NCBI GenBank assembly: GCA_001799565.1
Contig: MGTS01000018.1
Coordinates: forward strand, 23,344-87,343
Length of the DNA stretch: 64,000 nucleotides
Reading direction: 5' to 3'
DNA from: Elusimicrobia bacterium GWA2_51_34
GTDB taxonomy: Bacteria; Elusimicrobiota; Elusimicrobia; Elusimicrobiales; UBA9959
Position numbers and translations under genes: made by a program. Below the pieces are notes generated by a model that had not been told where the DNA came from, did no database searches, and saw nothing but the letters and a program-made list of their open reading frames with translations. Positions 8,628 through 17,166 of the stretch are shown piece after piece; within the stretch, counting starts at the first letter, position 1; each line of letters starts with the position of its first letter.

Positions 8628-10739
8628 ATGACAAACAATAACACAACCCGCCTTGAAGAAAAGGTGGGGGACGATGTAATTTCATTTGAAACAGGGGAGC
8701 TCGCAAAACAGGCCGGCGGCGCCGTGCTTGTGCGCCTTGGCGATACCGTAGTACTTTCTACCTGCGTACAGGCGAAAAAGCCCAAAGATAATCCGCCCGA
8801 GTTCGTGCCGCTCAGCTGCGACTACAAGGAGAAAACTTACGCCGCGGGCAAAATACCCGGCGGCTTCTTCAAAAGGGAAGGCAAAGCCCGCGAGAAAGAA
8901 GTACTGGGCTCACGCCTTACCGACCGCTCAGTGCGGCCGCTGTTCCCTAAATATTTCAACACCGAAACGCAGGTAGTTTCGGCCGTAGTGTCAAGCGACT
9001 GCGCCAAAGACGCGGATGTGCTTTCCATCAACGGCGCTTCGGCCGCGCTGATGATCTCGAACGTTCCCTTCAACGGGCCGGTGGCTGCGGTGCGCGTGGG
9101 CAAAGTTGACGGTAAATTAGTAATGAACCCCACCTTTGAGCAGCGTGAAAAGATCGACATGGAACTGGTGATATCAGGCACACTTCATGGCATATTAATG
9201 GTGGAAGGCGGGGGAAAAGAAATATCGAGCGAAGAGCTTATTTCCGCCATGGAAGCTGCCAGACCGGAAATTGAGAAGCTCTGCAAACTTCAGGTGGAAC
9301 TTCAGAAAAAATGCGGCAAGGCCAAAACCGCGGTATTGGCCCCGGTGATAAAGCCGGAAATAAAAGCCGCTGTTGAGCAAAAAGGCCGCCCGGCAATAGA
9401 CAAGCTTCTTAATTCGCATCCCACCAAAGAAGTGCTGGAAGCCACTATGAGCGAAGTAAAAGACGCTCTGGTAAAAGAAATGACGGAGAAATACCCCGAA
9501 GAAAAGACCGCCGCCTACCAGGTTAAAACCCTGATGGAAGACGTAATATACGAAGTGTCGCGCAAGCTGGTACTGAGCACCAAAATACGCACTGACGGCC
9601 GCAAACCCGACGAGATCCGCGCCATTTCCATGCAGGCCGGTTTCCTGCCGCGCACTCACGGCTCGGCGGTGTTTACCAGGGGCCAGACGCAGACACTCGC
9701 CACCGTCACTCTTGGTACCTCCGACGACAAGCAGATACTTGATGATTTAGAGGGGAGGTTCCTGGACCGCTTCATGCTGCATTATAACTTCCCGAGCTTT
9801 TCTACCGGCGAGGTAAAGCCCGACAGAGGCCCCGGACGCCGCGAAATAGGCCACGGCCACCTGGCAAAACGCGCTCTTAAGCCCCTGCTGCCGAGCGAAG
9901 ACGTGTTCCCCTACACCATACGCGTGGTTTCAGATATACTGGAATCAAACGGCTCATCCTCCATGGCCACGGTCTGCGGCGGCTCACTGGCGCTTTTTGA
10001 CGCCGGCGTACCCATGAAAGCCGCCTGCTCCGGCATCGCCATGGGCCTTATCACCGACGGCTCAAGCCATGCCGTGCTTTCGGATATCGCCGGCCTTGAG
10101 GACCATTTCGGCGACATGGACTTTAAGGTGACCGGCACAAAAAATGGCGTTACCGCATTCCAGATGGATGTAAAGCTGGCCTCCGGTATACCCATGAATA
10201 TCCTTAAGGAAGCCATAGAGCAGGCCTCCAGGGGCAGACTTCATATACTCGGGCTTATGGAGCAGCATCTGCCGGCTCCCAGAACCGACATGTCGGAATA
10301 CGCGCCCAGGATAGTAAAGCTCCAACTGCCTAAGGACAAGATAGGCGCTTTCATAGGCCCCGGCGGAAAGAATATCCGCGCCATCATAGAAAAAACCGGC
10401 GCTGACATTGAGGTGGAGGATGACGGCTCGGTGTTCATCTCCTGTACCGACAAGAAAGGCCTTGAAGAGGCCAAAACCATGGTGCAGTACTACACCATGG
10501 ATGTGGAAGTCGGACAGGTTTATACCGGCAGGGTGGTTTCCATACTTAACTTCGGCGCTTTTGTGGAGATACTGCCGGGCAAGGAAGGCCTGCTGCATAT
10601 TTCCGAAGTGGACACAAAGCGCATAAACCGCGTGGAAGATGTTTTGAAAGTAGGCGAAGAAGTGGAGGTCAAAGTAGTGGATATGGATAATATGGGTAAG
10701 TTCCGGCTCTCAAGAAGAGTGCTGCTGCAGGGAAAATAA
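8628..10739 (+). CDS. pnp: Polyribonucleotide nucleotidyltransferase (PNPase)
   Basis: 703 aa with two RNase PH domains, KH and S1 (GQVYTGRVVSILNFGAFVEILPGKEGLLHISE). Confidence 0.98.
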   Translation: MTNNNTTRLEEKVGDDVISFETGELAKQAGGAVLVRLGDTVVLSTCVQAKKPKDNPPEFVPLSCDYKEKTYAAGKIPGGFFKREGKAREKEVLGSRLTDRSVRPLFPKYFNTETQVVSAVVSSDCAKDADVLSINGASAALMISNVPFNGPVAAVRVGKVDGKLVMNPTFEQREKIDMELVISGTLHGILMVEGGGKEISSEELISAMEAARPEIEKLCKLQVELQKKCGKAKTAVLAPVIKPEIKAAVEQKGRPAIDKLLNSHPTKEVLEATMSEVKDALVKEMTEKYPEEKTAAYQVKTLMEDVIYEVSRKLVLSTKIRTDGRKPDEIRAISMQAGFLPRTHGSAVFTRGQTQTLATVTLGTSDDKQILDDLEGRFLDRFMLHYNFPSFSTGEVKPDRGPGRREIGHGHLAKRALKPLLPSEDVFPYTIRVVSDILESNGSSSMATVCGGSLALFDAGVPMKAACSGIAMGLITDGSSHAVLSDIAGLEDHFGDMDFKVTGTKNGVTAFQMDVKLASGIPMNILKEAIEQASRGRLHILGLMEQHLPAPRTDMSEYAPRIVKLQLPKDKIGAFIGPGGKNIRAIIEKTGADIEVEDDGSVFISCTDKKGLEEAKTMVQYYTMDVEVGQVYTGRVVSILNFGAFVEILPGKEGLLHISEVDTKRINRVEDVLKVGEEVEVKVVDMDNMGKFRLSRRVLLQGK

Positions 10740-10748
10740 GGAGCTTCA

Positions 10749-11249
10749 ATGAAGAAAACGAAGCAGGCGACTAAAACGGGCGGCCTTGAAACCGCTTTTG
10801 ACCAGGTGCGTAAATTCTACCAGTTCATGAATATAAACAAGCTGGAAGCCATAGAATTCGCTAAAAACGCGACCTATATAAAGCTGGTCCGTAAGCATAC
10901 CCAGACGGTTCAGCCTATACCTGTATTCTCCACCGTCCACCCGGCCCAAACGGGGGGCACATCGCAGCCCGCGGCCGCCAAGCCGCACCAGGCCGCACCG
11001 GCGCAGGCACAGGGAGAAACCATAAAGGCCCCTATGTCCGGCATATTCTACAGGGCGCCTAGCCCCGCAAGCCCGCCCTACGCGCGGGAAGGGGATCATG
11101 TGAAAGAAGGACAGGTGCTAGGCATAATTGAAGCCATGAAGGTATTCAACGAAATAAAGGCCGAGTTCAGCTGCGTGATAAAAAAAGTGCTGGTAGAAAA
11201 CGGCAAGCCGCTGGAACCCAATCAGGATATTTTCCTGATAACCAGGTAA
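10749..11249 (+). CDS. accB: Biotin carboxyl carrier protein (BCCP-type biotinyl domain protein)
   Basis: 166 aa with a Pro/Ala-rich linker and the biotinylation motif EAMKVFNEI. Confidence 0.8.
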   Translation: MKKTKQATKTGGLETAFDQVRKFYQFMNINKLEAIEFAKNATYIKLVRKHTQTVQPIPVFSTVHPAQTGGTSQPAAAKPHQAAPAQAQGETIKAPMSGIFYRAPSPASPPYAREGDHVKEGQVLGIIEAMKVFNEIKAEFSCVIKKVLVENGKPLEPNQDIFLITR

Positions 11250-11254
11250 TTGTT

Positions 11255-11482
11255 CCAATAGCCACAGAAAGCAACAGAAGGCAAAAGGATGCAACAGAAA
11301 GAGAACAATAGAGCAAATAGTCTTACCTGCACTTGCTTTCCGTAGCATTCTGTGGCCTTCAGTGGCTCTCGCAGTGGCAATAAAAAGCAACCGAATGCAA
11401 CAGAAAGTAAGAGCATGAAACAGTTTTCTTTCTTTCTTACTTTCAGTTGCTTTCCATAGCGTTCCGTAGCTTTCGGTTGCCA
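11255..11482. repeat. Dispersed hairpin repeat, GCAAC(T/C)GAA / CTTTCCGTAGC family (probably two adjacent copies)
   Basis: gcaaccgaatgcaacagaaagtaagagc...cttactttcagttgctttccatagcgttccgtagctttcggttgc. Same family as 4105-4240 and 36232-36410. Confidence 0.7.
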
Positions 11483-11496
11483 TTTGGAGAACTTTT

Positions 11497-11709
11497 ATGG
11501 AAGATACCGCAAAATTCACCGATGCCGTGGCTCAGAACGCGGCTAAAATCCTGGAGCTGCTCAAAGCCGGAGAAAACACCTCGTGGGATCTGAAATTAAA
11601 ACTGCATCTTTCAAGCTCGGCGCTCTACCTGGCGCTCGGGTGGCTGGCAGCCCAGGGCAAGGTGGCCCTGTACCCGCAGGATTTGAATTTCAAGATAAGG
11701 GTTCTCTAA
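11497..11709 (+). CDS. Small hypothetical protein, possibly winged-helix (DUF2582-like)
   Basis: 70-aa ORF. The length and pattern are compatible with small wHTH proteins, but support is weak. Confidence 0.4.
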   Translation: MEDTAKFTDAVAQNAAKILELLKAGENTSWDLKLKLHLSSSALYLALGWLAAQGKVALYPQDLNFKIRVL

Positions 11710-11716
11710 CTCCGGA

Positions 11717-11824
11717 CAGGTAGACAGAAGTCAGTAGCCAGAATTCAGAATGGCCTGCAGACAGACATCTGACAGTTTAATAACTCCACATTCTGACTAC
11801 TGAATTCTGGCTTCTGACTACCTG
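11717..11824. repeat. Word-repeat hairpin, TCAGAAG/TCAGTAG/TCAGAAT word family
   Basis: caggtagacagaagtcagtagccagaattcagaatgg ... cattctgactactgaattctggcttctgactacctg. Confidence 0.7.
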
Positions 11825-11854
11825 CACAATTACAGTTCTTCCTGGAAACTTACA

Positions 11855-14161
11855 ATGCGGGAACCGATAAAGCATAAATTCGCCTCGGCGCAGGCGAAAA
11901 AAAAGACCTCCACCCTCTCCTACGCTATTTATTGGCTGATATCACTGGCCCTCAGTATATGGCTTATCTGGATAGCCTTCTCCGGATCGCGCGGCGGCAT
12001 AGTAGGCGGCAAGGTCCACGAAGGCCTCTACAATTTCTTCGGCTTCTCTTCCTATTTATTTCCTTTCCTGCTTTTATACGGGCTGGCGGCCATACTCATA
12101 AAAATAAACAAGCCTCATAAAGGCATCCTGACGCTGGCGCTGGGCATAGTATTGATACTGGGAGCTATTTCCGCGGAACTCGGCCTTATCTTCCCGGTAA
12201 GCGAGCACTCGGGATGGCTCGGCTATGCCCTGTCGGGGATGCTTTCAAAGATGTTCGGCGACGTAGGAGCGGCCCTCGGGGGCATAGTGCTGTTAATTGC
12301 CGGGGTGCAGCTGCTGTTTAAAATTTCCTGGCGCAAAGCGCTTAAAAAAATATCGTCGGCGCTCGCGGACGATTACCGTAACTGGACAGCGGCCAGAAAA
12401 GAGTTAAAAAGCAAATTAAACCTTGTTACGGAAAAAGAAAAAAGCGAGGGGCCTTCCTACGACGCCAAACCCATAGCTGAAACCCCGTTCCCGCCGGAGG
12501 GGGGGGCGCCGGAACGCGCGGAACCGCAAATAGTGCGGGCAAGCGCGGAACCGCCGGCCAAAACCCCCGCGGGAAAGAAGGCCAAAACGGAAGAAGATCC
12601 CGCCGGACCGGGCAGAACCGCCCTGGCTGGAAGCCTCAAAACGCCCTCAAACCCCAGGGATTCTTATTTCAAAGATTTCAAGCTCCCTCCGCTTGATCTT
12701 TTAGGCGCTCCCACGGAACAGGGCTTTATCGGGCCCACAAATGAAGAGATCAACGATTCCAAGGTCCTGCTGGAAAACACTTTCAAAAGTTTCGATATCG
12801 CGGCCCATGTCGCGGGAGTGTATCCGGGTCCCGTCATCACCCGCTACGAGATAACCCCGGATCCCGGAGTTAAAATAAGCTCTATCGTTTCACTTTCTAA
12901 CGATGTTGCGCTCGCCATGAAATCATCGGGAGGCATAAGGGTAATAGCGCCTATCCCCGGCAAATCGGCCATCGGCTTCGAGATCCCGAACGTGCGGCGC
13001 GCCAAGGTTTCGCTGAGAGAGATAATTGACAGCGCCTCTTTTAAAGCGAGGAAAGAACCGCTCGCCTTCGGCATAGGCCGCCACGCCGAAGGCTCGGTAG
13101 CCACCGCCAACCTTGAAACCATGCCGCACCTGCTGGTTGCCGGCGCGACCAATTCCGGCAAGAGCGTCTTTTTGCAATCCCTTATACTTTCTCTGATCTA
13201 CCGCAATACCCCAGACGAAGTGAAATTCCTTTTTATAGACCCCAAACGTCTTGAGCTGACTTTTTACGAGGACATCCCCTACCTCTACGACCCCACGGAA
13301 ACCCCCGACCGCGTGTCGGTGATCACCGACCCGAAAGACGCGGCCAAAGCGCTGGTGGCGTTAACGCGCGTGATGGAAAAACGCTATGTCAAATTCGAGC
13401 GGGCCAGGGTAAAGAACATCGCCTCCTACAATAAATGGGCTCTCACAAACGGCGAACCCACCGAGCACTATGTGGTGGTGGTTATAGACGAACTGGCCGA
13501 CCTTATACTGCAGATGAAAAATGTGGTGGAAGACGCGATACAGCGCCTGGCCCAGATGGCTCGCGCCGTGGGCATACATCTGGTGCTCGCCACTCAGCGC
13601 CCCTCCGTGGATATAATTACCGGGGTTATAAAGGCCAACCTTCCCACAAGGGTAGCTTTACAAGTGACCTCAAAAACCGACTCGCGCGTTATTCTAGACA
13701 CTCCGGGCGCCGAATCGCTTATCGGCTGCGGCGACCTGCTTTATCTCGCCATAGACGCGCAAAAGCCGGTCAGGATACAGGGCGCCTACGTTTCCGAAGA
13801 AGAAATAAAAAAAGTAGCCGACTTTATACGGGCGCAGGCGCGGCCGCATTATCAGCCGCTGGTTGAAGAAGAAACTAACGCGGCCTCCGGCAAGGGTGGC
13901 AGTTCTGAAGAGCTGCTTACGGCCCTTCGCCTGATACACGAGCGGAAGCGGGTGTCGCAGGATCTGCTTAAAGCCCATTTCGGCTCTTCGTCCCGGGCCA
14001 CTAATATTTTAAGCATACTTGAAGTGAACGGCTTTATTCACAAGCCGGAAGGCTCAAACCGCTGGGAGATATTTTTTGACAAGATAGAGAATCACCTGAA
14101 CGCCAACGCGGTCCCCGCGCAAACCCCGCAAGACCCTTCCGTAGACAAGGAAACAGCGTGA
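11855..14161 (+). CDS. ftsK: DNA translocase FtsK
   Basis: 768 aa with N-terminal TM segments, a Pro-rich linker, the motor domain GATNSGKS / VVVIDELADL / LATQRPS, and a C-terminal gamma-like domain. Confidence 0.95.
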   Translation: MREPIKHKFASAQAKKKTSTLSYAIYWLISLALSIWLIWIAFSGSRGGIVGGKVHEGLYNFFGFSSYLFPFLLLYGLAAILIKINKPHKGILTLALGIVLILGAISAELGLIFPVSEHSGWLGYALSGMLSKMFGDVGAALGGIVLLIAGVQLLFKISWRKALKKISSALADDYRNWTAARKELKSKLNLVTEKEKSEGPSYDAKPIAETPFPPEGGAPERAEPQIVRASAEPPAKTPAGKKAKTEEDPAGPGRTALAGSLKTPSNPRDSYFKDFKLPPLDLLGAPTEQGFIGPTNEEINDSKVLLENTFKSFDIAAHVAGVYPGPVITRYEITPDPGVKISSIVSLSNDVALAMKSSGGIRVIAPIPGKSAIGFEIPNVRRAKVSLREIIDSASFKARKEPLAFGIGRHAEGSVATANLETMPHLLVAGATNSGKSVFLQSLILSLIYRNTPDEVKFLFIDPKRLELTFYEDIPYLYDPTETPDRVSVITDPKDAAKALVALTRVMEKRYVKFERARVKNIASYNKWALTNGEPTEHYVVVVIDELADLILQMKNVVEDAIQRLAQMARAVGIHLVLATQRPSVDIITGVIKANLPTRVALQVTSKTDSRVILDTPGAESLIGCGDLLYLAIDAQKPVRIQGAYVSEEEIKKVADFIRAQARPHYQPLVEEETNAASGKGGSSEELLTALRLIHERKRVSQDLLKAHFGSSSRATNILSILEVNGFIHKPEGSNRWEIFFDKIENHLNANAVPAQTPQDPSVDKETA

Positions 14162-14916
14162 TTAAAATTATTTTAAGCGCGGCGCTCGCTCTAACTCTGT
14201 GTCCGGCGGCTTTCTCACAGCCAAAAAAGAAAACGGCTCCGGTTAAAAAAGAGGCGGCCGCCGTTGTTTCCACGGCCGCCGCGAAGTCCGTCTTTCACGC
14301 GCCGCCTGAAAATAAGCAAAACGGCCTGTCCGGCATGGCAATCGGCGGGCTTAAAAACTGGGACGCCAAACTTGAAACCTTAAGCGCCTCCTTCACGCAG
14401 GAAGTGAATTTTTCCGAAGCCGGGCTTAAGCAAAGCGTGGAAGGGGAACTGAAATACTCAAAGCCTAATTTTCTAAGAATTGAACATTTTAAGCCGGCAC
14501 GGCAGGTAGTGGTAACCGATAAACACGACATCTGGATCTACAAGCCCGAGGACACGCAGGTTATTAAAACTTCATGGGAAGCATGGCGCAAAACACAAAG
14601 CGATAACTTCTCAGGCATACTTGACTTCGGCAATTACTCCGCGCTCACTGAAAAAAACAACACTGTGGTTTCGGGCCGGACTCCCGCTCACCCCTGGATA
14701 ACGGTGGTTTTCACTCCCAAGGCGAGTCCGGGACAATACATTCTTTCACTTAAACTTTCGGCCACGGATTATTTTCCGCTGGAGGCCGAGCTTACTGTAG
14801 ACAAGACCTCCATTAAAACCAGGCTTTCCGGAGTAGAAATAAACAAGGCGCTCTCGCCTGAACTGTTCAAGTTCAGCCCGCCCAAAGGCACGCAGGTGCT
14901 GGAATTCAAAAATTAA
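14158..14916 (+). CDS. lolA: LolA-like outer-membrane lipoprotein carrier protein
   Basis: 252 aa with a signal peptide and LolA-like beta-rich sequence. The GTG start overlaps the ftsK stop. Confidence 0.65.
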   Translation: MIKIILSAALALTLCPAAFSQPKKKTAPVKKEAAAVVSTAAAKSVFHAPPENKQNGLSGMAIGGLKNWDAKLETLSASFTQEVNFSEAGLKQSVEGELKYSKPNFLRIEHFKPARQVVVTDKHDIWIYKPEDTQVIKTSWEAWRKTQSDNFSGILDFGNYSALTEKNNTVVSGRTPAHPWITVVFTPKASPGQYILSLKLSATDYFPLEAELTVDKTSIKTRLSGVEINKALSPELFKFSPPKGTQVLEFKN

Positions 14917-14945
14917 GGAGTAAAATCAGAAGAGATATGTGATCT

Positions 14946-14978
14946 CTTGCTTGTGACCTGTGACTTGCAGCTTGTGAC
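14946..14978. repeat. 33-nt dispersed repeat (copy 1)
   Basis: cttgcttgtgacctgtgacttgcagcttgtgac. Its reverse complement recurs at 43703-43735 with one mismatch (manual alignment). Confidence 0.85.
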
Positions 14979-14983
14979 ATGAT

Positions 14984-15616
14984 ATGACCCTATCCAACAA
15001 AATCACCATGAGCCGGGCCTTTTTGAGCCTGCTTATTTTTGTATTAATAGTTTACCGCACCCTCTGGTCGGAGCTGGCCGCTCTGGCGCTTCTTACCGCG
15101 GCCAGCATTTCAGATTATTATGACGGTGAGATAGCCCGCCGCACACGGACCATAACGCCATTTGGAGCCATAGCCGACCCTTTCGCAGACAAGATACTGG
15201 TGATGGGTGTTTTTCTGGCTTTCGCTTCGCTCCGGGAGCTTACCGTGCCGCTTTGGGCGGTATTCCTGATACTTCTTCGCGAACTCACCATCTCCACCCT
15301 TCGCGTAATTGCGGCACTGCGGGGGGAAGTGATGAAAGCGGAAATAGCCGGAAAGTTTAAAACCACCGTACAACTAACCTCCGCGTTCATTATACTTGTA
15401 GTGTTAATAATCAAAGTATGGGCCGAAACACACATCCTGCCGGCGGCTTTTTTATCGCTTACGGTCAGCCACGCCGGACAAACCGCTTACTGGCTTACGG
15501 TATTTACCGCTTTGGTAACGGTTATAAGCGGAGCCGTTTACCTGTATAAACACCGTGACCTGCTAATAAAATCCTGGAACGATAAAGGCCCGGGGGGAGA
15601 AGGGGCAAGGGAATAG
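14984..15616 (+). CDS. pgsA: CDP-diacylglycerol--glycerol-3-phosphate 3-phosphatidyltransferase
   Basis: CDP-alcohol phosphatidyltransferase motif DYYDGEIARR...GAIADPFADK, with multiple TM segments. Confidence 0.88.
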   Translation: MTLSNKITMSRAFLSLLIFVLIVYRTLWSELAALALLTAASISDYYDGEIARRTRTITPFGAIADPFADKILVMGVFLAFASLRELTVPLWAVFLILLRELTISTLRVIAALRGEVMKAEIAGKFKTTVQLTSAFIILVVLIIKVWAETHILPAAFLSLTVSHAGQTAYWLTVFTALVTVISGAVYLYKHRDLLIKSWNDKGPGGEGARE

Positions 15617-15661
15617 AGGAAAAAACGCTGAAATCTGAAGCGCTTCAGCTCCGGGAATGTC

Positions 15662-16156
15662 ATGACAGATTTCAAAAACACGGCCGCCAGATTTTTAGCC
15701 AGCGGATTTTACATAAGCTACATACCGGCGGCGCTCACCAGGTCTAAAAAATTCACCGGATCGGGCCTGTTCGGCACGGCCCTTGGCCTGTTGCTGGCGC
15801 CCCTGTTGCCGGCGGATCCCCTGTCTCTCCTGGTTTTCCTCATACTGTTTTTTTTCTTTGCCGTCTGGACGGCCGGGATCGCCGAAACCTCATACGGCGT
15901 GCACGACGACCCGCGCATAGTCATAGACGAAATTCTGGGATACTGGGTAGCCATCGCCTTCCTGGATAAAACTTTTTTTAACCTTGCGGCGGCTTTCGTT
16001 TTTTTCAGGACACTTGATACCCTGAAGCCCTGGCCCATAGGGAAGATAGACCGTATGGCAAGCGGGGGTTTTGGTATAATTGTAGACGATATCGCGGCCG
16101 CCGTTGCGGCTAATTTACTTGTAAGGGTTTTAACACTGATTGCTATCGCACTATGA
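15662..16156 (+). CDS. pgpA: Phosphatidylglycerophosphatase A
   Basis: 164 aa with the PgpA-type motif DDPRIVIDEILGYW...FRTLDTLKPWPI. Confidence 0.85.
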   Translation: MTDFKNTAARFLASGFYISYIPAALTRSKKFTGSGLFGTALGLLLAPLLPADPLSLLVFLILFFFFAVWTAGIAETSYGVHDDPRIVIDEILGYWVAIAFLDKTFFNLAAAFVFFRTLDTLKPWPIGKIDRMASGGFGIIVDDIAAAVAANLLVRVLTLIAIAL

Positions 16157-17067
16157 ATTTTTTGATTTTAATTTTCCTGGTCCTGCCGGCGGCTGCGCCG
16201 GCAGGAGCGCAAATGATGCAGGTGATACCGGCCGCAAGTACCGCCGCCTTCTCCGAAGGCGCCGCGCTCTCAAGCGCGACAGCCCTGGCGCCGGCTAAAG
16301 CGAAAGCGGGCCAGCCCTCAAAACCGGCCCAGTACGAGGAAACAAAAATGCCCCTGAGCGGCATAGTTCTTACGCCAACCGCCTACCGCGGGCGGGGGAA
16401 AAACTCCATCGGCCTGGGGTTGGATTTTAACGCCGCTTACTATATAGGCCGCCTTTACGGCAAAAACACATACGACTGGACCACCACTAAAACCAATTAT
16501 CTGGACCGCGTCGGCCTTTGGCTGCTCACCGCCGACGCCAAAATGCTCATTCAGACCGAGGGACGCTGGCGCCCGGCCGTGGCCTCCGGCGTACAGGGCA
16601 TTTTCCAGTTTCGCGATTCGCCGCAACCGACCCTCAACCAACCCACTGTTTCCGTGAAAGTGACCGGTAAAAACACCAATACCTACGCCAACGCTTATGT
16701 GGTTCTCACTAAGCGCCTGCACCCCAAATTCCTGTTAAACGCCGGCTACTCCGACGGCGATATGCCGAAAGTGCTCTACCAGATGTCGGAATTCCTCTCA
16801 AAAGAGGCGTTGAACCTGAACGGCCATACCAACCCCGCTATGGTGACCGGCACGCTTTTCGGCGGTTTTATGTGGCTGCCTAAAAAGGATTCCGCCATAG
16901 GGGCCGAGTTTATCATCCCGCAGGGTGCCGTCCAAAGCCCGAAACTTATAAATTTGCATCTTGGCACGCTTCTTAAACTGAATTTTGAAATATCGTACCT
17001 CTCCTTCAAGGGCGGCTGGGATCTTCTCGGCATGTTCCAGTTCCGCTATAACTACTTCCCGCGGTAA
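16153..17067 (+). CDS. Hypothetical secreted / outer-membrane protein
   Basis: 304 aa with a signal peptide (LPAAAPAGAQ), beta-rich composition and an aromatic-rich C-terminus. Confidence 0.5.
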   Translation: MNFLILIFLVLPAAAPAGAQMMQVIPAASTAAFSEGAALSSATALAPAKAKAGQPSKPAQYEETKMPLSGIVLTPTAYRGRGKNSIGLGLDFNAAYYIGRLYGKNTYDWTTTKTNYLDRVGLWLLTADAKMLIQTEGRWRPAVASGVQGIFQFRDSPQPTLNQPTVSVKVTGKNTNTYANAYVVLTKRLHPKFLLNAGYSDGDMPKVLYQMSEFLSKEALNLNGHTNPAMVTGTLFGGFMWLPKKDSAIGAEFIIPQGAVQSPKLINLHLGTLLKLNFEISYLSFKGGWDLLGMFQFRYNYFPR

Positions 17068-17070
17068 AGA

Positions 17071-17166
17071 CAGTAACCGGTAACCAGTATTCTGTGACCG
17101 GTAAAAAAATAATTTCCGCTCTCTGATTACCGGATACTGGATACCGACTACCGGTTACTGGTTACT
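17071..17166. repeat. Word-repeat hairpin (CCGGTAAC / CCGGTTACTGG words) between convergent genes
   Basis: cagtaaccggtaaccagtattctgtgaccggtaa ... ttaccggatactggataccgactaccggttactggttac. It overlaps the stop of the minus-strand gene. Confidence 0.65.
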
